Part shown: positions 38,886-48,195 of the stretch, one piece after another
How positions within the stretch are numbered: position 1 is the stretch's first letter
Layout of the letters: the number at the start of each line of letters is the position of its first letter
Origin: Pseudomonadota bacterium
GTDB taxonomy: Bacteria > Desulfobacterota > Desulfobacteria > Desulfobacterales > JBDRRP01
Reading direction: 5' to 3'
DNA: 64,000 nucleotides
NCBI GenBank assembly: GCA_043825735.1
Contig: JBDRRP010000045.1
Location: 1 to 64,000, forward strand
Program-made: the position numbers and the translations under genes
Notes under the pieces: generated by a model
What the model saw: the letters and a program-made list of their open reading frames with translations, nothing else
Database searches by the model: none
What the model was told of the DNA's origin: nothing

Positions 38886-40208
38886 TCACGGCAACCAGAA
38901 CAGACTGAGGGCCGGCACGTAGGTGATGAACATCAGAAAGATCAGCCGCAAAATGAGGAAGGGAACCGAGGCCCGGTAAAGCAGGGTCACCGGCTTTTGG
39001 AACTTCATGCTGGCGATGAACAGGTTGATTCCCACCGGCGGTGTGGAATAGCCGATCTCCAGATTCACCAGGAAGATGATGCACAGGTGGATGGGGTCGA
39101 TGCCGTACTGCAGGGCCACCGGCACCATGATGGGCACCACGATGACGACGGCCGAAAAGATGTCCATCATGCATCCCACGACCAATAGAAACAGGTTGAG
39201 CCCGGCGAGAAACGTGTAGCGGTTGTCGGTGAGGGCGGTGAGGGTTTCCATGATTTTGTCAGGTACCTGGGCGTCCACCAGGTAGCCCGTGAGGGCCAGC
39301 GACATCGCCAGGATAATGATGATGGCTCCGGAAAGGATGGTGCTCTCCACGATGATCTTGGGAAGCTGGCGGGTAAAGGAGATCTCCTTGAGGATGAAGC
39401 ACTCCACCACCAGCACGTAACCCACCACCAGGGCCGACACCTCGGCAATGGTCACAAATCCGCCGTATACCCCCACCAGGATGATGACGATGATGGGCCA
39501 GTCCCACTTTCCTTCCCAAAATGCCCGTTTCAATTCACCGGCCGGCTTATCGGCACGGGGCTGGGAAAGGCCGCCCGAGCGGGGCGCGCTGCCGGTGGCC
39601 CCGCTGCGCAGGAGATGCCACTGGCGCAGGCCGGCGTAGACGGAAAGTACGGCCACCAGCAAAATCCCCGGCACCAGCGCCGCCTTGAAGACCTGGCCGA
39701 TATCCACCTGGGCCACGACGCCGTAAAGGATGATGGGCAGGCTCGGCGGGAAAAGCAGCCCCAGGCTGCCGCCCGCGGTGAGCAGCCCCAGGGTGAAGCG
39801 CTCGTCGTAGTGCTGCTGGCGAAGTATGGGGTAGAGCACGCTGCCCAGGGCCACGATGGTGACCCCGCTGGCGCCGGTAAGGGCCGTGAAAAACGCGCAG
39901 GCCCCCAAGGCGGCGATGGCCAGTCCGCCGGGAAGCCAGCCCGCCGCGGCGTTCATGAAATTCATGATCCGCCGGGGCGCGCCCGATTCGGTGAGCAGCA
40001 TTCCCACGAAGGTAAACGGCGGCAGGGCCATGAGCACCGGCATCGATGCCAGCCGGTTCATCTCGATGATCACCACCTGCAGCGACTGGGGGTCCGTATC
40101 GGCCGCATACAGGCAGACCATGGCCAGACCGCCGATGACGCTGAATAGCGGCGCCTCCAGCAGGGCGAACAGCAGTACCGCGGCAATGGCGAGGCTGAGC
40201 GGACTCAT
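38886..40208 (-). CDS. dctM: TRAP transporter large permease
   Basis: GWLPGGL, FTALTGASG, GSLGLLFPPSLP.ILYG, GIDPIH, IGY.TPPVG.NLF. Confidence 0.93.
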   Translation of the reverse strand: MSPLSLAIAAVLLFALLEAPLFSVIGGLAMVCLYAADTDPQSLQVVIIEMNRLASMPVLMALPPFTFVGMLLTESGAPRRIMNFMNAAAGWLPGGLAIAALGACAFFTALTGASGVTIVALGSVLYPILRQQHYDERFTLGLLTAGGSLGLLFPPSLPIILYGVVAQVDIGQVFKAALVPGILLVAVLSVYAGLRQWHLLRSGATGSAPRSGGLSQPRADKPAGELKRAFWEGKWDWPIIVIILVGVYGGFVTIAEVSALVVGYVLVVECFILKEISFTRQLPKIIVESTILSGAIIIILAMSLALTGYLVDAQVPDKIMETLTALTDNRYTFLAGLNLFLLVVGCMMDIFSAVVIVVPIMVPVALQYGIDPIHLCIIFLVNLEIGYSTPPVGINLFIASMKFQKPVTLLYRASVPFLILRLIFLMFITYVPALSLFWLP

Positions 40209-40214
40209 TGTCGG

Positions 40215-40730
40215 TTATCCTCGCGCGACATCGTCCGGAGGATTGTCGAACGCGGCCCCCGGGCTATCGGTCTCCCGCCGCTCGGGCGGTGTGATCAGAT
40301 TGATTAAAAACCGAAACCACGCCAGAAAAAAGAAAATGGGGAACACCACTGCCGTCCATCCACCGGCACCAAAAATGGCCACCTCGTTTTTGACAAAGGA
40401 AAACGAGGCCACGGCCAGAAACCCCATGACGGCCATGCCAAAGAGGGCGCTGGCCCGTTCGGCCAGACGTCGGACGCCGGGAGAAGCGAACCGGAGCATC
40501 AGCTCGAGACGGATGTGGCGGTTGCCCCGGAGACCCAAAGTGGTCCCTATGAGGGCCAGCCAGAGCACCAGTGACGGCGCGTACTCGAGCAGCGTCTGGA
40601 AGGAGCGGTGAAAGATGTTTCGAGAAAGGACGTTGATTCCGATGGACGCCACCAGCGCGGTGAAGAGCATGATGACCACGGCGCGCTCCACCACCGACAG
40701 CGCATGGTCTATTTTTCGCAGGAGAACCAC
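40215..40730 (-). CDS. dctQ: TRAP transporter small permease
   Basis: Four TMs, VLSRN, LWLALIG...G....HIR. Lies between dctP and dctM. Confidence 0.88.
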   Translation of the reverse strand: MVLLRKIDHALSVVERAVVIMLFTALVASIGINVLSRNIFHRSFQTLLEYAPSLVLWLALIGTTLGLRGNRHIRLELMLRFASPGVRRLAERASALFGMAVMGFLAVASFSFVKNEVAIFGAGGWTAVVFPIFFFLAWFRFLINLITPPERRETDSPGAAFDNPPDDVARG

Positions 40731-40793
40731 GTCAGCAAGACTCCTTTTCCCGTTGGGACCGGCATCCCGGCACGAACACGATCGGGCAGCGGC

Positions 40794-41813
40794 TCACGGG
40801 GAGGTCGCCTTGGCATGAGTCGATCTGTAGGTGCCCAGGATCCCCTGGACACGGTCGAATAGGCCTTGGGAGTAAAGCTCGGGAATGTTTTGCTGGTAGG
40901 TTTTTTGCGCATTGACCTTGAACAGGGTGATCTGCTCGGCACTGGGCGGTACCGGCTGAACGCCCGAGGTGGCAAGCTCGCCCAAGGCCGTTGCGTTCTC
41001 TTTCCGGGTGATCTCCACCAGGCGGCGGGCGTACTGCTTCACGGTGGACCGCAAAATCTGCTGCTGATCGGCCCCGAGGCGCATAAACTCCTGCCGGTTC
41101 ATGAGCACTGCCCCGGTGGAGTTCACCATGGGATAGTCCAGCATGTACTTGACCCGGGTGTGCCACTGGAAGGCGATGGCCGCCAGGGGGGGAGAGTAGA
41201 AACTGTCGATCATCCCCGTCTCCAGGCCGGTGTTCACGTCGGCCAGGTGCAGCGGATAAGTGGTGATGCCGAAGGTTTTCAAAAAGGCCTCGGCCACCGG
41301 ATCCCCCTTCCAGGTCCACATCTTCACCGAGCGCAGGGCACTCGGCTGATCGAGAGGCTGACTGGAGAAAAAGTAAACGAAACCGGCCTCGGCAAATCCC
41401 AGCAGGACAAAACCCTTTTTTTCAAAATCTGCGCTGAACTCATCGAAAAGGGCATCCTTGACGGTGTCGACTTCCTGGTAGCTGTTGAACAGCAGCGGCG
41501 CCTCCAGGATGCGCACCTCCGGCAGCACCACCCCCAGCCCCACGCCGGAAAACCCGGCGGCGTGAATCCGGTTGGCCCGCATTTTCCGGAGCACATCGAG
41601 CTCATCGCCGCTGACCCCGCCGGCGTAAATCTTGAAATCGACCTGGCCGTCGGTCTGCTTCTTCACATCCCGGGCCATCTCCCGCATCGTTTCGGTCCAG
41701 GTACTGCCATCGGGGGTCACCAGCGCGACTTTGATGATGGTGGCGCCGGCCCACGCCCCCGCGACCGGGAATAGACAAGTCAAAAATACCAGCAGGCAAA
41801 ACACGCTTCTCAT
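40794..41813 (-). CDS. dctP: TRAP substrate-binding protein (DctP family, TatP-type)
   Basis: Signal peptide, KVALVTPDGSTW, TDGQV.FKIY.GG..GDE, GLETGMID. Confidence 0.92.
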   Translation of the reverse strand: MRSVFCLLVFLTCLFPVAGAWAGATIIKVALVTPDGSTWTETMREMARDVKKQTDGQVDFKIYAGGVSGDELDVLRKMRANRIHAAGFSGVGLGVVLPEVRILEAPLLFNSYQEVDTVKDALFDEFSADFEKKGFVLLGFAEAGFVYFFSSQPLDQPSALRSVKMWTWKGDPVAEAFLKTFGITTYPLHLADVNTGLETGMIDSFYSPPLAAIAFQWHTRVKYMLDYPMVNSTGAVLMNRQEFMRLGADQQQILRSTVKQYARRLVEITRKENATALGELATSGVQPVPPSAEQITLFKVNAQKTYQQNIPELYSQGLFDRVQGILGTYRSTHAKATSP

Positions 41814-42769
41814 GAGGGATCCTCTTCGGTGAACAGGTCATCCATGGCGCGCAGGTAGATGCGCGCCCGAACGGCGGCAATGGCATTGTATAAACGGTAT
41901 CGGTCGGTCTGCGGCGCCCGGGTCACCTGATCCATGATGGCGGCAAACCCCTTGCGGTCCTGCTTGGGCTGGAGGACATAGCGGGCGTAATACACCGCCC
42001 CCAGCCAGAAATCATCACCGGCGATGCCAACCAGCGCGGTGTAATGGCCGGCCGCCACCGCCGGATCGCCGCCCATCATGGGCGGCCGGGAGCCGTAGTA
42101 GGCGAGTAAAAACAGGTGGGCCCCGCCGTTCTGATAGCCCGGGTCCAGGGCTGCCACAGTGATCATGGCGGTTTCCACCAGGTGGGCTTTGGCCAGCAGG
42201 GCGACCGATGAACGCTCCAGGTTGATGCGGGCGCCAAGGTTGAAGGCCCACCAGAAGAGCGCCGGGACATCGCGCCTGGAGAGTTTTTGGAAAAAGGCCG
42301 CCTGGCCGTCCTGGGTTTTCAGCAGTTCCGGCGCTCCCGGGTATCGCCCGGTCAGAACCGCCAGTGCGTAGCGCTCACCCTTTTCATAGCACCCCAGGGC
42401 CCGCGCCCGTATCCGCTCCGGGTCCTGGCCGGCATCGGCCGGAATCTGAAACGCGGCAACGTCGAGGCCGAAATAATCTATTTCCAGGGACGGCTCCAGA
42501 AAAGCGAAGGCGTAACTGGCATAGAGCCGGGCCAGCATGACGTTCAGATCGGCATTGGCCGGATCACTGGCCAGCAGCGCTTCCACCAGCTTGATATTGG
42601 CCGGAAACGCCCGTGCCAGCATCTCCAGGTCGTCGTCATTTTCAAAGGCCGTCATGCCGGTGTCGAGGATGCCGGCCATCTCCCGCACAGCCATCTGGCG
42701 CGTGCTGCAGCCTGCGGCCAGCGGCATCAGCATGGCAATCAGAAGAATCACTCGAACCACAAGGTGCAT
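41810..42769 (-). CDS. TRAP transporter TatT component (TPR-like lipoprotein)
   Basis: Lipobox LAAGC, D..L...AFPANIKL.EALL..DP.N, YA.AF, RPPMMGGD, N.IA..RA. First gene of the T-P-Q-M operon. Confidence 0.82.
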   Translation of the reverse strand: MHLVVRVILLIAMLMPLAAGCSTRQMAVREMAGILDTGMTAFENDDDLEMLARAFPANIKLVEALLASDPANADLNVMLARLYASYAFAFLEPSLEIDYFGLDVAAFQIPADAGQDPERIRARALGCYEKGERYALAVLTGRYPGAPELLKTQDGQAAFFQKLSRRDVPALFWWAFNLGARINLERSSVALLAKAHLVETAMITVAALDPGYQNGGAHLFLLAYYGSRPPMMGGDPAVAAGHYTALVGIAGDDFWLGAVYYARYVLQPKQDRKGFAAIMDQVTRAPQTDRYRLYNAIAAVRARIYLRAMDDLFTEEDPS

Positions 42770-42988
42770 TGCCAGTGTCCATTTCGATACGGGATAATGA
42801 AACGACCGCCTGAAAAACCGGCGGTTGTCGGATGGCGGCAAAGATTGCGTCTCATCCCCACGCGATGGGCAGGGTTTGAAAAAACAATCACGGCGCATGC
42901 TGATTTTGGTTCAGTGCGCCGCAAATGTCAATTCCGGCGCAGCCGTATACTGCAAAAAGTGCGGTGTTCCCGATAAGAATGTGATCGG

Positions 42989-43146
42989 CACAGCGTCACG
43001 GAAGGCACGGAGATTTTTTAATTCATATCTCGCGCAGAGGCGCAGAGACGCAGGGAAAGGCACTCGCGCAATTCCATTTTACGCAGTCCTCCACGCCTCT
43101 GCGCGAGAACATCTTTTTGGGTTAAAAAAAATCCGTGTGCTCCGTG
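42989..43146. repeat. Nested inverted short tandem repeats
   Basis: Outer CACGGAAGGCACGGA / TCCGTGTGCTCCGTG arms enclose inner TCTCGCGCAGAGGCG (43028) / CGCCTCTGCGCGAGA (43094-43108) arms. Confidence 0.75.
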
Positions 43147-43448
43147 AAGGCCGCAGTGATGTGATTTTTCCCTATTCCAATGGCTCCCGGCTGTAGCTTG
43201 GAGATTCCTGGAAAAGCGGTTTGGGTAAAGACCACCTGGCGCTTTCTGCTTGAGCGTATAAAAAATTACCTGTTCGTGTCCGGCCTGCGGTGTTGGACGG
43301 GCCAGAAATGACAGCGTTGAAATTTCCGGCACCCCTAACTGACAATTCGGTACGGCATCATCGCCCGGCCGCCGGCACAAAAAAACACCGACCATGGCAA
43401 CGCCTTGCAATCTAATGATAATTTTAAAAATCGAACCGCCGCTGCGCA

Positions 43449-43464
43449 CGGCACCCCGCTTGCA
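43449..43464 (+). promoter_or_regulatory. Sigma54 -24/-12 promoter for the nucleoside ABC/deaminase operon
   Basis: CGGCACCCCGCTTGCA (GG-N10-GC), about 145 bp upstream of ATG 43608. Confidence 0.6.
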
Positions 43465-43607
43465 CTGACAGAATCTCTTTTCAGAAGGGCCAAAACCTTT
43501 TATAGCTGTTCGGCGACGATATGCCGACGCAGTCAACCATCGGTGCCGATGGCCGGCACCGGAGACAACCATGTGACCGGGGGTGTCACGCAGAAAGGAG
43601 CTTTCAG

Positions 43608-44627
43608 ATGAGAGGGATTGTGCGGATGTGCGGTGTTCGGTGGGCAGTGGCGGTGGCGCTGTGGGGGGCCGTTGCGATGATGGCGATGGGCGGCGTTCAA
43701 ACGGCCGCCGCGGCCGCGGCCGGGCTGAAAGTGGCGGCGGTATTCGAGACGCCCATCGAAGAGCCCTGGGTCAACCAGATTCACGTGGCGCTGCTCAAGG
43801 CCAAAAAGGAACTGGGCATCGAGTACGTGTGGAGCGAGAGCGTCAAGAGCGCCGATTTCGCCCGCGTCATGAGAGAGTATGCCGAAAAGGGCTACCAGCT
43901 CGTGATGGGTGATGCCTTCGGCGCCGAGCGGATCGCCCGCCGGGTGGCCCGCGACTATCCCAAAGTGGCCTTCGTGTTCGGCTCAGGCATCGGGCCGGCC
44001 GAGCCCAACTTCGGTGTCTTTGACAACTGGATTCACGAACCGGCCTATCTTTCCGGCATGATTGCCGGCAAAATGACCAAGACCAACGTGATCGGCGTAG
44101 TGGCCGCCATGCCCATCCCGGAAGTCAACCGCCTGTCCAACGCCTTTTATGCCGGCGCCAAGGAAGTGAATAAAAACGTCACCTGCAAATTCTCCTTCAT
44201 CGGCTCCTTTTTCGATCCGCCCAAGGCCAAGGAAGCGGCCCTGGCCCAGATCGAGGCCGGCGTGGACGTGATCTTCGCAGAGCGCTTCGGTGTCGTCGAA
44301 GCGGCAGCGGAAAAAGGCGTTCTGGCCATCAGCAACATGAGCGACCAGTCGAGCCTGGGCCCGGATACGGTCATCACCGGCCCGGTCTGGGACATGTGGC
44401 CCACGGTGAAGCACGTGGTCAACCTGGTCTCGGCCGGCGTTTACACCGCGCAGGATTTCGGCGGGTTCTCGTTCATGGGCAAGGGCGGCGCCTACCTGGC
44501 GCCCTATCACAAATGGGACGCCAAACTGCCCGCCGCTGTGAAAGATATGGTGACGCAGCGTACCAAGGAAATTCTGGACGGCACCTTCCGGGTCGACATC
44601 GATGAGTCCATCCCCAAATCCAACTGA
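43608..44627 (+). CDS. BMP/PnrA family ABC substrate-binding protein (nucleoside/nucleobase)
   Basis: Signal peptide, EPAYLSGMIAG.MTKT..IG.V, GSFFDP.K.KEAA.AQI..GVDVIF. AAGGAG RBS. Confidence 0.92.
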   Translation: MRGIVRMCGVRWAVAVALWGAVAMMAMGGVQTAAAAAAGLKVAAVFETPIEEPWVNQIHVALLKAKKELGIEYVWSESVKSADFARVMREYAEKGYQLVMGDAFGAERIARRVARDYPKVAFVFGSGIGPAEPNFGVFDNWIHEPAYLSGMIAGKMTKTNVIGVVAAMPIPEVNRLSNAFYAGAKEVNKNVTCKFSFIGSFFDPPKAKEAALAQIEAGVDVIFAERFGVVEAAAEKGVLAISNMSDQSSLGPDTVITGPVWDMWPTVKHVVNLVSAGVYTAQDFGGFSFMGKGGAYLAPYHKWDAKLPAAVKDMVTQRTKEILDGTFRVDIDESIPKSN

Positions 44628-46194
44628 TACCGGCAGCAGCGGGGGGCTCACCGAGCCCCCCGATCACTGCACGCCGCCACCCGTCGGCAGCGCGCTGCTG
44701 GAAATGCGCGGCATTTCCAAGCGCTTTGGCGACGTGTTGGCCAACGATGCGGTGGATCTGACCCTCAACGCCGGAGACATCCTGGGCCTTCTGGGTGAAA
44801 ACGGGGCGGGAAAAACCACCCTCATGAACATCCTCTTTGGCGCTTACGATGCGGACGCCGGGAGCATCCGCATCGACGGCCGCGCGGCGACCATCAGAAA
44901 CAGCGCCGACGCGCTGGCCTGCGGGGTGGGCATGGTTCACCAGCATTACCACCTCGTGGGGCGGCACAACGTGATTGAAAACCTCATGGTAGGGCAATCG
45001 GCGCCCCGCTGGTGGCTGGACCGCACCGGCGTGCGCCGCCGTATGGTCGAGATCCGGGACCGCTACGGGTTGTGGCTGGATCCGTCCGCCATGGCCGGAG
45101 AGCTCACCGTGGGCGAGCAGCAGCGGCTGGAGATCATCAAGGCCCTAATTCGGGGCGCGCGCATTCTCATCCTCGACGAACCCACGGCGGCGCTGACCCC
45201 TCAGGAAACCGAGGGGCTGTTCAAGGCCTTAAGGGCCATGGCCGGCAATCGCATGGGGGTGATCTTCATCAGCCACAAGCTCAATGAGATCTGCGCGCTC
45301 ACATCCCATATCGTGATCCTGCGCCAGGGCCGGGTCACCACGACCCTGGTCAACGATGCCTGCACCAACAAACAGCAATTGGCCGCGCTCATGTGCGGCC
45401 GGGAGATCACGCCCCCGGAAAAGCCGGCCGTCACCACCGGTGCGCCGCTGCTGGTACTGAAAGGCGTCACCACGGCGGGGGCCCGCCGACGGCGTTTGAA
45501 AGATGTCTCCATCACGGTACATGCCGGAGAAATTCTCGGCATCGCCGGCGTTTCCGGAAACGGCCAGAAAGCCCTGGCCGATGTCATCGCCGGGGTGACG
45601 GTCCCTGCCGAGGGAACGCTCACCGTCGGCGGGGCCCCGGTTCTGCGGGCCTCTCCCCGCGACATGCAGGCCCGCCGCGTGGGGCGCATCCCCGAAGACC
45701 GCATGGGCACCGGTCTCATCACCACTTTGCCCCTGTCCAGCAGCATGGTGCTCTCGCGGATCCGAGAGCGTGCCTTCAGCCGCCTCGGCATCCTCAAACC
45801 CGCTGCCATCCGCCGGTTCGCGACCCGCCAGATCCGCGACTTCGGCATCACGGCCGCCGGCGCCGCGGTCAGGACCGGAACGCTTTCCGGGGGAAATCTG
45901 CAAAAAGCGCTGCTGGCCCGGGAGCTGGCGTGGGACCCGCTGGTGCTGCTGGCGGCCCAGCCCACCCGGGGACTCGACGTGTCGGCCGCGCAATTCGTCC
46001 ACCGCCAGTTTCTCGATTTGCGCTCACGGGGCCGGGCCGTGGTGCTCATCAGCGAAGACCTGGAGGAACTGTTTCTTCTCTCGGACCGCATCGCCGTCAT
46101 GTACGAAGGCCGCATTATGGATACGCTGCCCATCGCCGAGGCCACCGTGGGCGCCGTCGGCCTGCTCATGGCCGGCGTCCGGGAGGCGGCATGA
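44602..46194 (+). CDS. ABC ATP-binding protein, tandem NBD (nucleoside CUT2 type)
   Basis: GENGAGKTT, GMVHQH, ILDEPT, ISHKL. Second NBD GVSGNGQ, LSGGNLQK, QPTRGLD. Confidence 0.95.
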   Translation: MSPSPNPTDTGSSGGLTEPPDHCTPPPVGSALLEMRGISKRFGDVLANDAVDLTLNAGDILGLLGENGAGKTTLMNILFGAYDADAGSIRIDGRAATIRNSADALACGVGMVHQHYHLVGRHNVIENLMVGQSAPRWWLDRTGVRRRMVEIRDRYGLWLDPSAMAGELTVGEQQRLEIIKALIRGARILILDEPTAALTPQETEGLFKALRAMAGNRMGVIFISHKLNEICALTSHIVILRQGRVTTTLVNDACTNKQQLAALMCGREITPPEKPAVTTGAPLLVLKGVTTAGARRRRLKDVSITVHAGEILGIAGVSGNGQKALADVIAGVTVPAEGTLTVGGAPVLRASPRDMQARRVGRIPEDRMGTGLITTLPLSSSMVLSRIRERAFSRLGILKPAAIRRFATRQIRDFGITAAGAAVRTGTLSGGNLQKALLARELAWDPLVLLAAQPTRGLDVSAAQFVHRQFLDLRSRGRAVVLISEDLEELFLLSDRIAVMYEGRIMDTLPIAEATVGAVGLLMAGVREAA

Positions 46195-47258
46195 TCCGGC
46201 TGCGCCTGGAACAGCGCGATCACCCGCCGCTGTGGCTGAATCTGGCCCTGCCCGTGGTAGCGGTCCTGGCCGCTCTGGCCGCGTGCAGCGGCCTCATCCT
46301 CATGGCCGGGGCCAATGTCTTCACCGCCTACGCCCACCTGTTTACCAGCGCGCTGTCCACCCGGTTCAACCTGGTGGAGACCGCGGTAAAGGCCACCCCC
46401 ATGATCTTTACCGGACTTGCCGTGACGGTGGCCTTCCGCGCCAAGTTCTGGAACATCGGCGCCGAAGGGCAGCTATTGATGGGCGCCATGGCGGCGGCCT
46501 TCATCGGCGCCAGCGAGTCTTTGCCCGCGTGGTCCCTGGTGCCGGGGATGATCCTGGCCGGAGCCGCGGCCGGGGCGCTGTGGGCCGTCATACCGGCGAT
46601 TCTCAAATCCCGGTTCAAAGTGGACGACGTGGTGACGACCCTGCTTTTGAACTTCATCATCTTCTACGCCATGATGGCCCTTTTGGACGGCCCGTGGAAA
46701 GACCCCTTGAGCGGCTATCCGGACTCACCCGACATCCGCATGGACGCCGAATTTCCCATCCTGCTGAGCGCCACCCGGCTGCACCTAGGGGTATTGCTGG
46801 CAGTGGCGGCCGCGGTGGGCACCTGGTTTCTCCTGGAACGCACCACCCTCGGGTTCGCTATCACCGCGATCGGTGAAAACGCCACTGCCGCCGGCTACGC
46901 GGGAATCCGCGTCAGCCGCGTTTTCATCGGCTGCGCGGCCGTGTCGGGCGCTCTGGCCGGACTGGCCGGGGTGGGAGAGGTGGGGGGGATTCACTTCCAG
47001 GTGATGGCGGGGCTCTCGCCCGGCTACGGCTACACCGGTATCGTCATCGCCATGCTGGCCCGCCTGAATCCCCTGGGAGTCATTCCGGCAGCCTTTTTTT
47101 TCGCCGTCATCACCACCGGCGCCGAGGCCATGAGCCGGGCCACCGGGGTTCCGGTTTATCTGGCCGACGTCATCCAGGGCGCGTCTCTGGTGACCATGCT
47201 CGTGGCCTTGATGTTCACCCGCTACCGCATCCGCATCAGGCATTTTGGCCATGCATGA
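46191..47258 (+). CDS. ABC permease (nucleoside type)
   Basis: TP.IFTGLA..VAFRA..WNIGAEGQ, GEN..AA.YAGI, GYGYTGIVIAMLA.LNP.G. Confidence 0.93.
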   Translation: MIRLRLEQRDHPPLWLNLALPVVAVLAALAACSGLILMAGANVFTAYAHLFTSALSTRFNLVETAVKATPMIFTGLAVTVAFRAKFWNIGAEGQLLMGAMAAAFIGASESLPAWSLVPGMILAGAAAGALWAVIPAILKSRFKVDDVVTTLLLNFIIFYAMMALLDGPWKDPLSGYPDSPDIRMDAEFPILLSATRLHLGVLLAVAAAVGTWFLLERTTLGFAITAIGENATAAGYAGIRVSRVFIGCAAVSGALAGLAGVGEVGGIHFQVMAGLSPGYGYTGIVIAMLARLNPLGVIPAAFFFAVITTGAEAMSRATGVPVYLADVIQGASLVTMLVALMFTRYRIRIRHFGHA

Positions 47259-48195
47259 ACTGCTTTCACAGGTCTTCCAGATCGGTTTTTTCGCGGCCAT
47301 GATCCGCATCGCCACGCCGCTGGTCTTCGCCACGATCGGAGAGCTCTTTGCCGAGCGCGCCGGCATCCTGAACCTGGGCATCGAAGGCATCATGATGCTG
47401 GCCGCCATGACCGGATTCACCACGGCCTACTTCACCGGCAGCCTCTGGCTGGGCATTGCCGCCGCCATGGCCACGGGAATGATCGCCGGGCTTCTGATGG
47501 GGGTTCTCACCGTCAGTCTGGGCCTGAGCCAGCACGTTTCGGGCATCGGCGTCACCATGCTCTGCTCCGGGCTCTCCTTCTTTTTCTACCGGCTCATCTT
47601 CGGCCAGCCCTCGTCCATACCCAAAATCGTCGCCTTCGAAACCGTGCCCGTGCCCGCGCTCTCGGCCATACCCGTTATCGGGCAGGTCTTTTTCAACCAG
47701 TTCGTCCTGGTCTATCTGGCCATGGCCCTGGTGCCGGTGGCCGCCTGGGTGCTGCTGCACACCCCGTGGGGACTGAACCTGCGCACCGTGGGCGAAAACC
47801 CCAACGCCGCCTACGCCGCCGGGGTGAACGTTGCAGCCGTGCGCTACCAGGCCCTGGTGCTCTCGGGCGCCCTCATGGGCGTGGCCGGCGCGTTTCTCTC
47901 CATGGCACAGTACAACGCCTACACCTTCGGCGTTATCTCCGGCCGGGGCTGGGTGTGCATCGCCCTGGTGGTCTTCGGACAATGGAGCCCGTGGAAGAGC
48001 GCCGCCGGAGCGATTCTTTTCGCTTTCATCGACGCCCTTCAACTCCGTCTTCAGGCCACCAGCGGCATCGATCTGCCCTACCAGGTCTTTCTCATGATGC
48101 CCTTTGTCCTCACCATCGTGGGCATGGCCCTGGTCTCCAGAAGCGCACAGGCGCCGGCGGCGCTGCTGACCCCGTTTCGAAAGGAGGAACGCTGA
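47251..48195 (+). CDS. ABC permease (nucleoside type)
   Basis: ERAGILNLGIEG.M, GLNLRTVGENP.AA..AGV, GRGWVCIALVVFG.W.P. Confidence 0.93.
   Translation: MHELLSQVFQIGFFAAMIRIATPLVFATIGELFAERAGILNLGIEGIMMLAAMTGFTTAYFTGSLWLGIAAAMATGMIAGLLMGVLTVSLGLSQHVSGIGVTMLCSGLSFFFYRLIFGQPSSIPKIVAFETVPVPALSAIPVIGQVFFNQFVLVYLAMALVPVAAWVLLHTPWGLNLRTVGENPNAAYAAGVNVAAVRYQALVLSGALMGVAGAFLSMAQYNAYTFGVISGRGWVCIALVVFGQWSPWKSAAGAILFAFIDALQLRLQATSGIDLPYQVFLMMPFVLTIVGMALVSRSAQAPAALLTPFRKEER

Noticed and set aside
43395..43409. TGGCAACGCCTTGCA as a sigma54 promoter
   Set aside because: GG-to-GC spacing is 9 rather than 10; the correctly spaced site is at 43449-43464.
45393..48194. Apparent long N-terminal extensions or fusions of the permease (621 aa) and the deaminase (590 aa)
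   Set aside because: Off-frame overlaps with upstream genes; true starts at 46191 and 48195 have an RBS or stop-start coupling.
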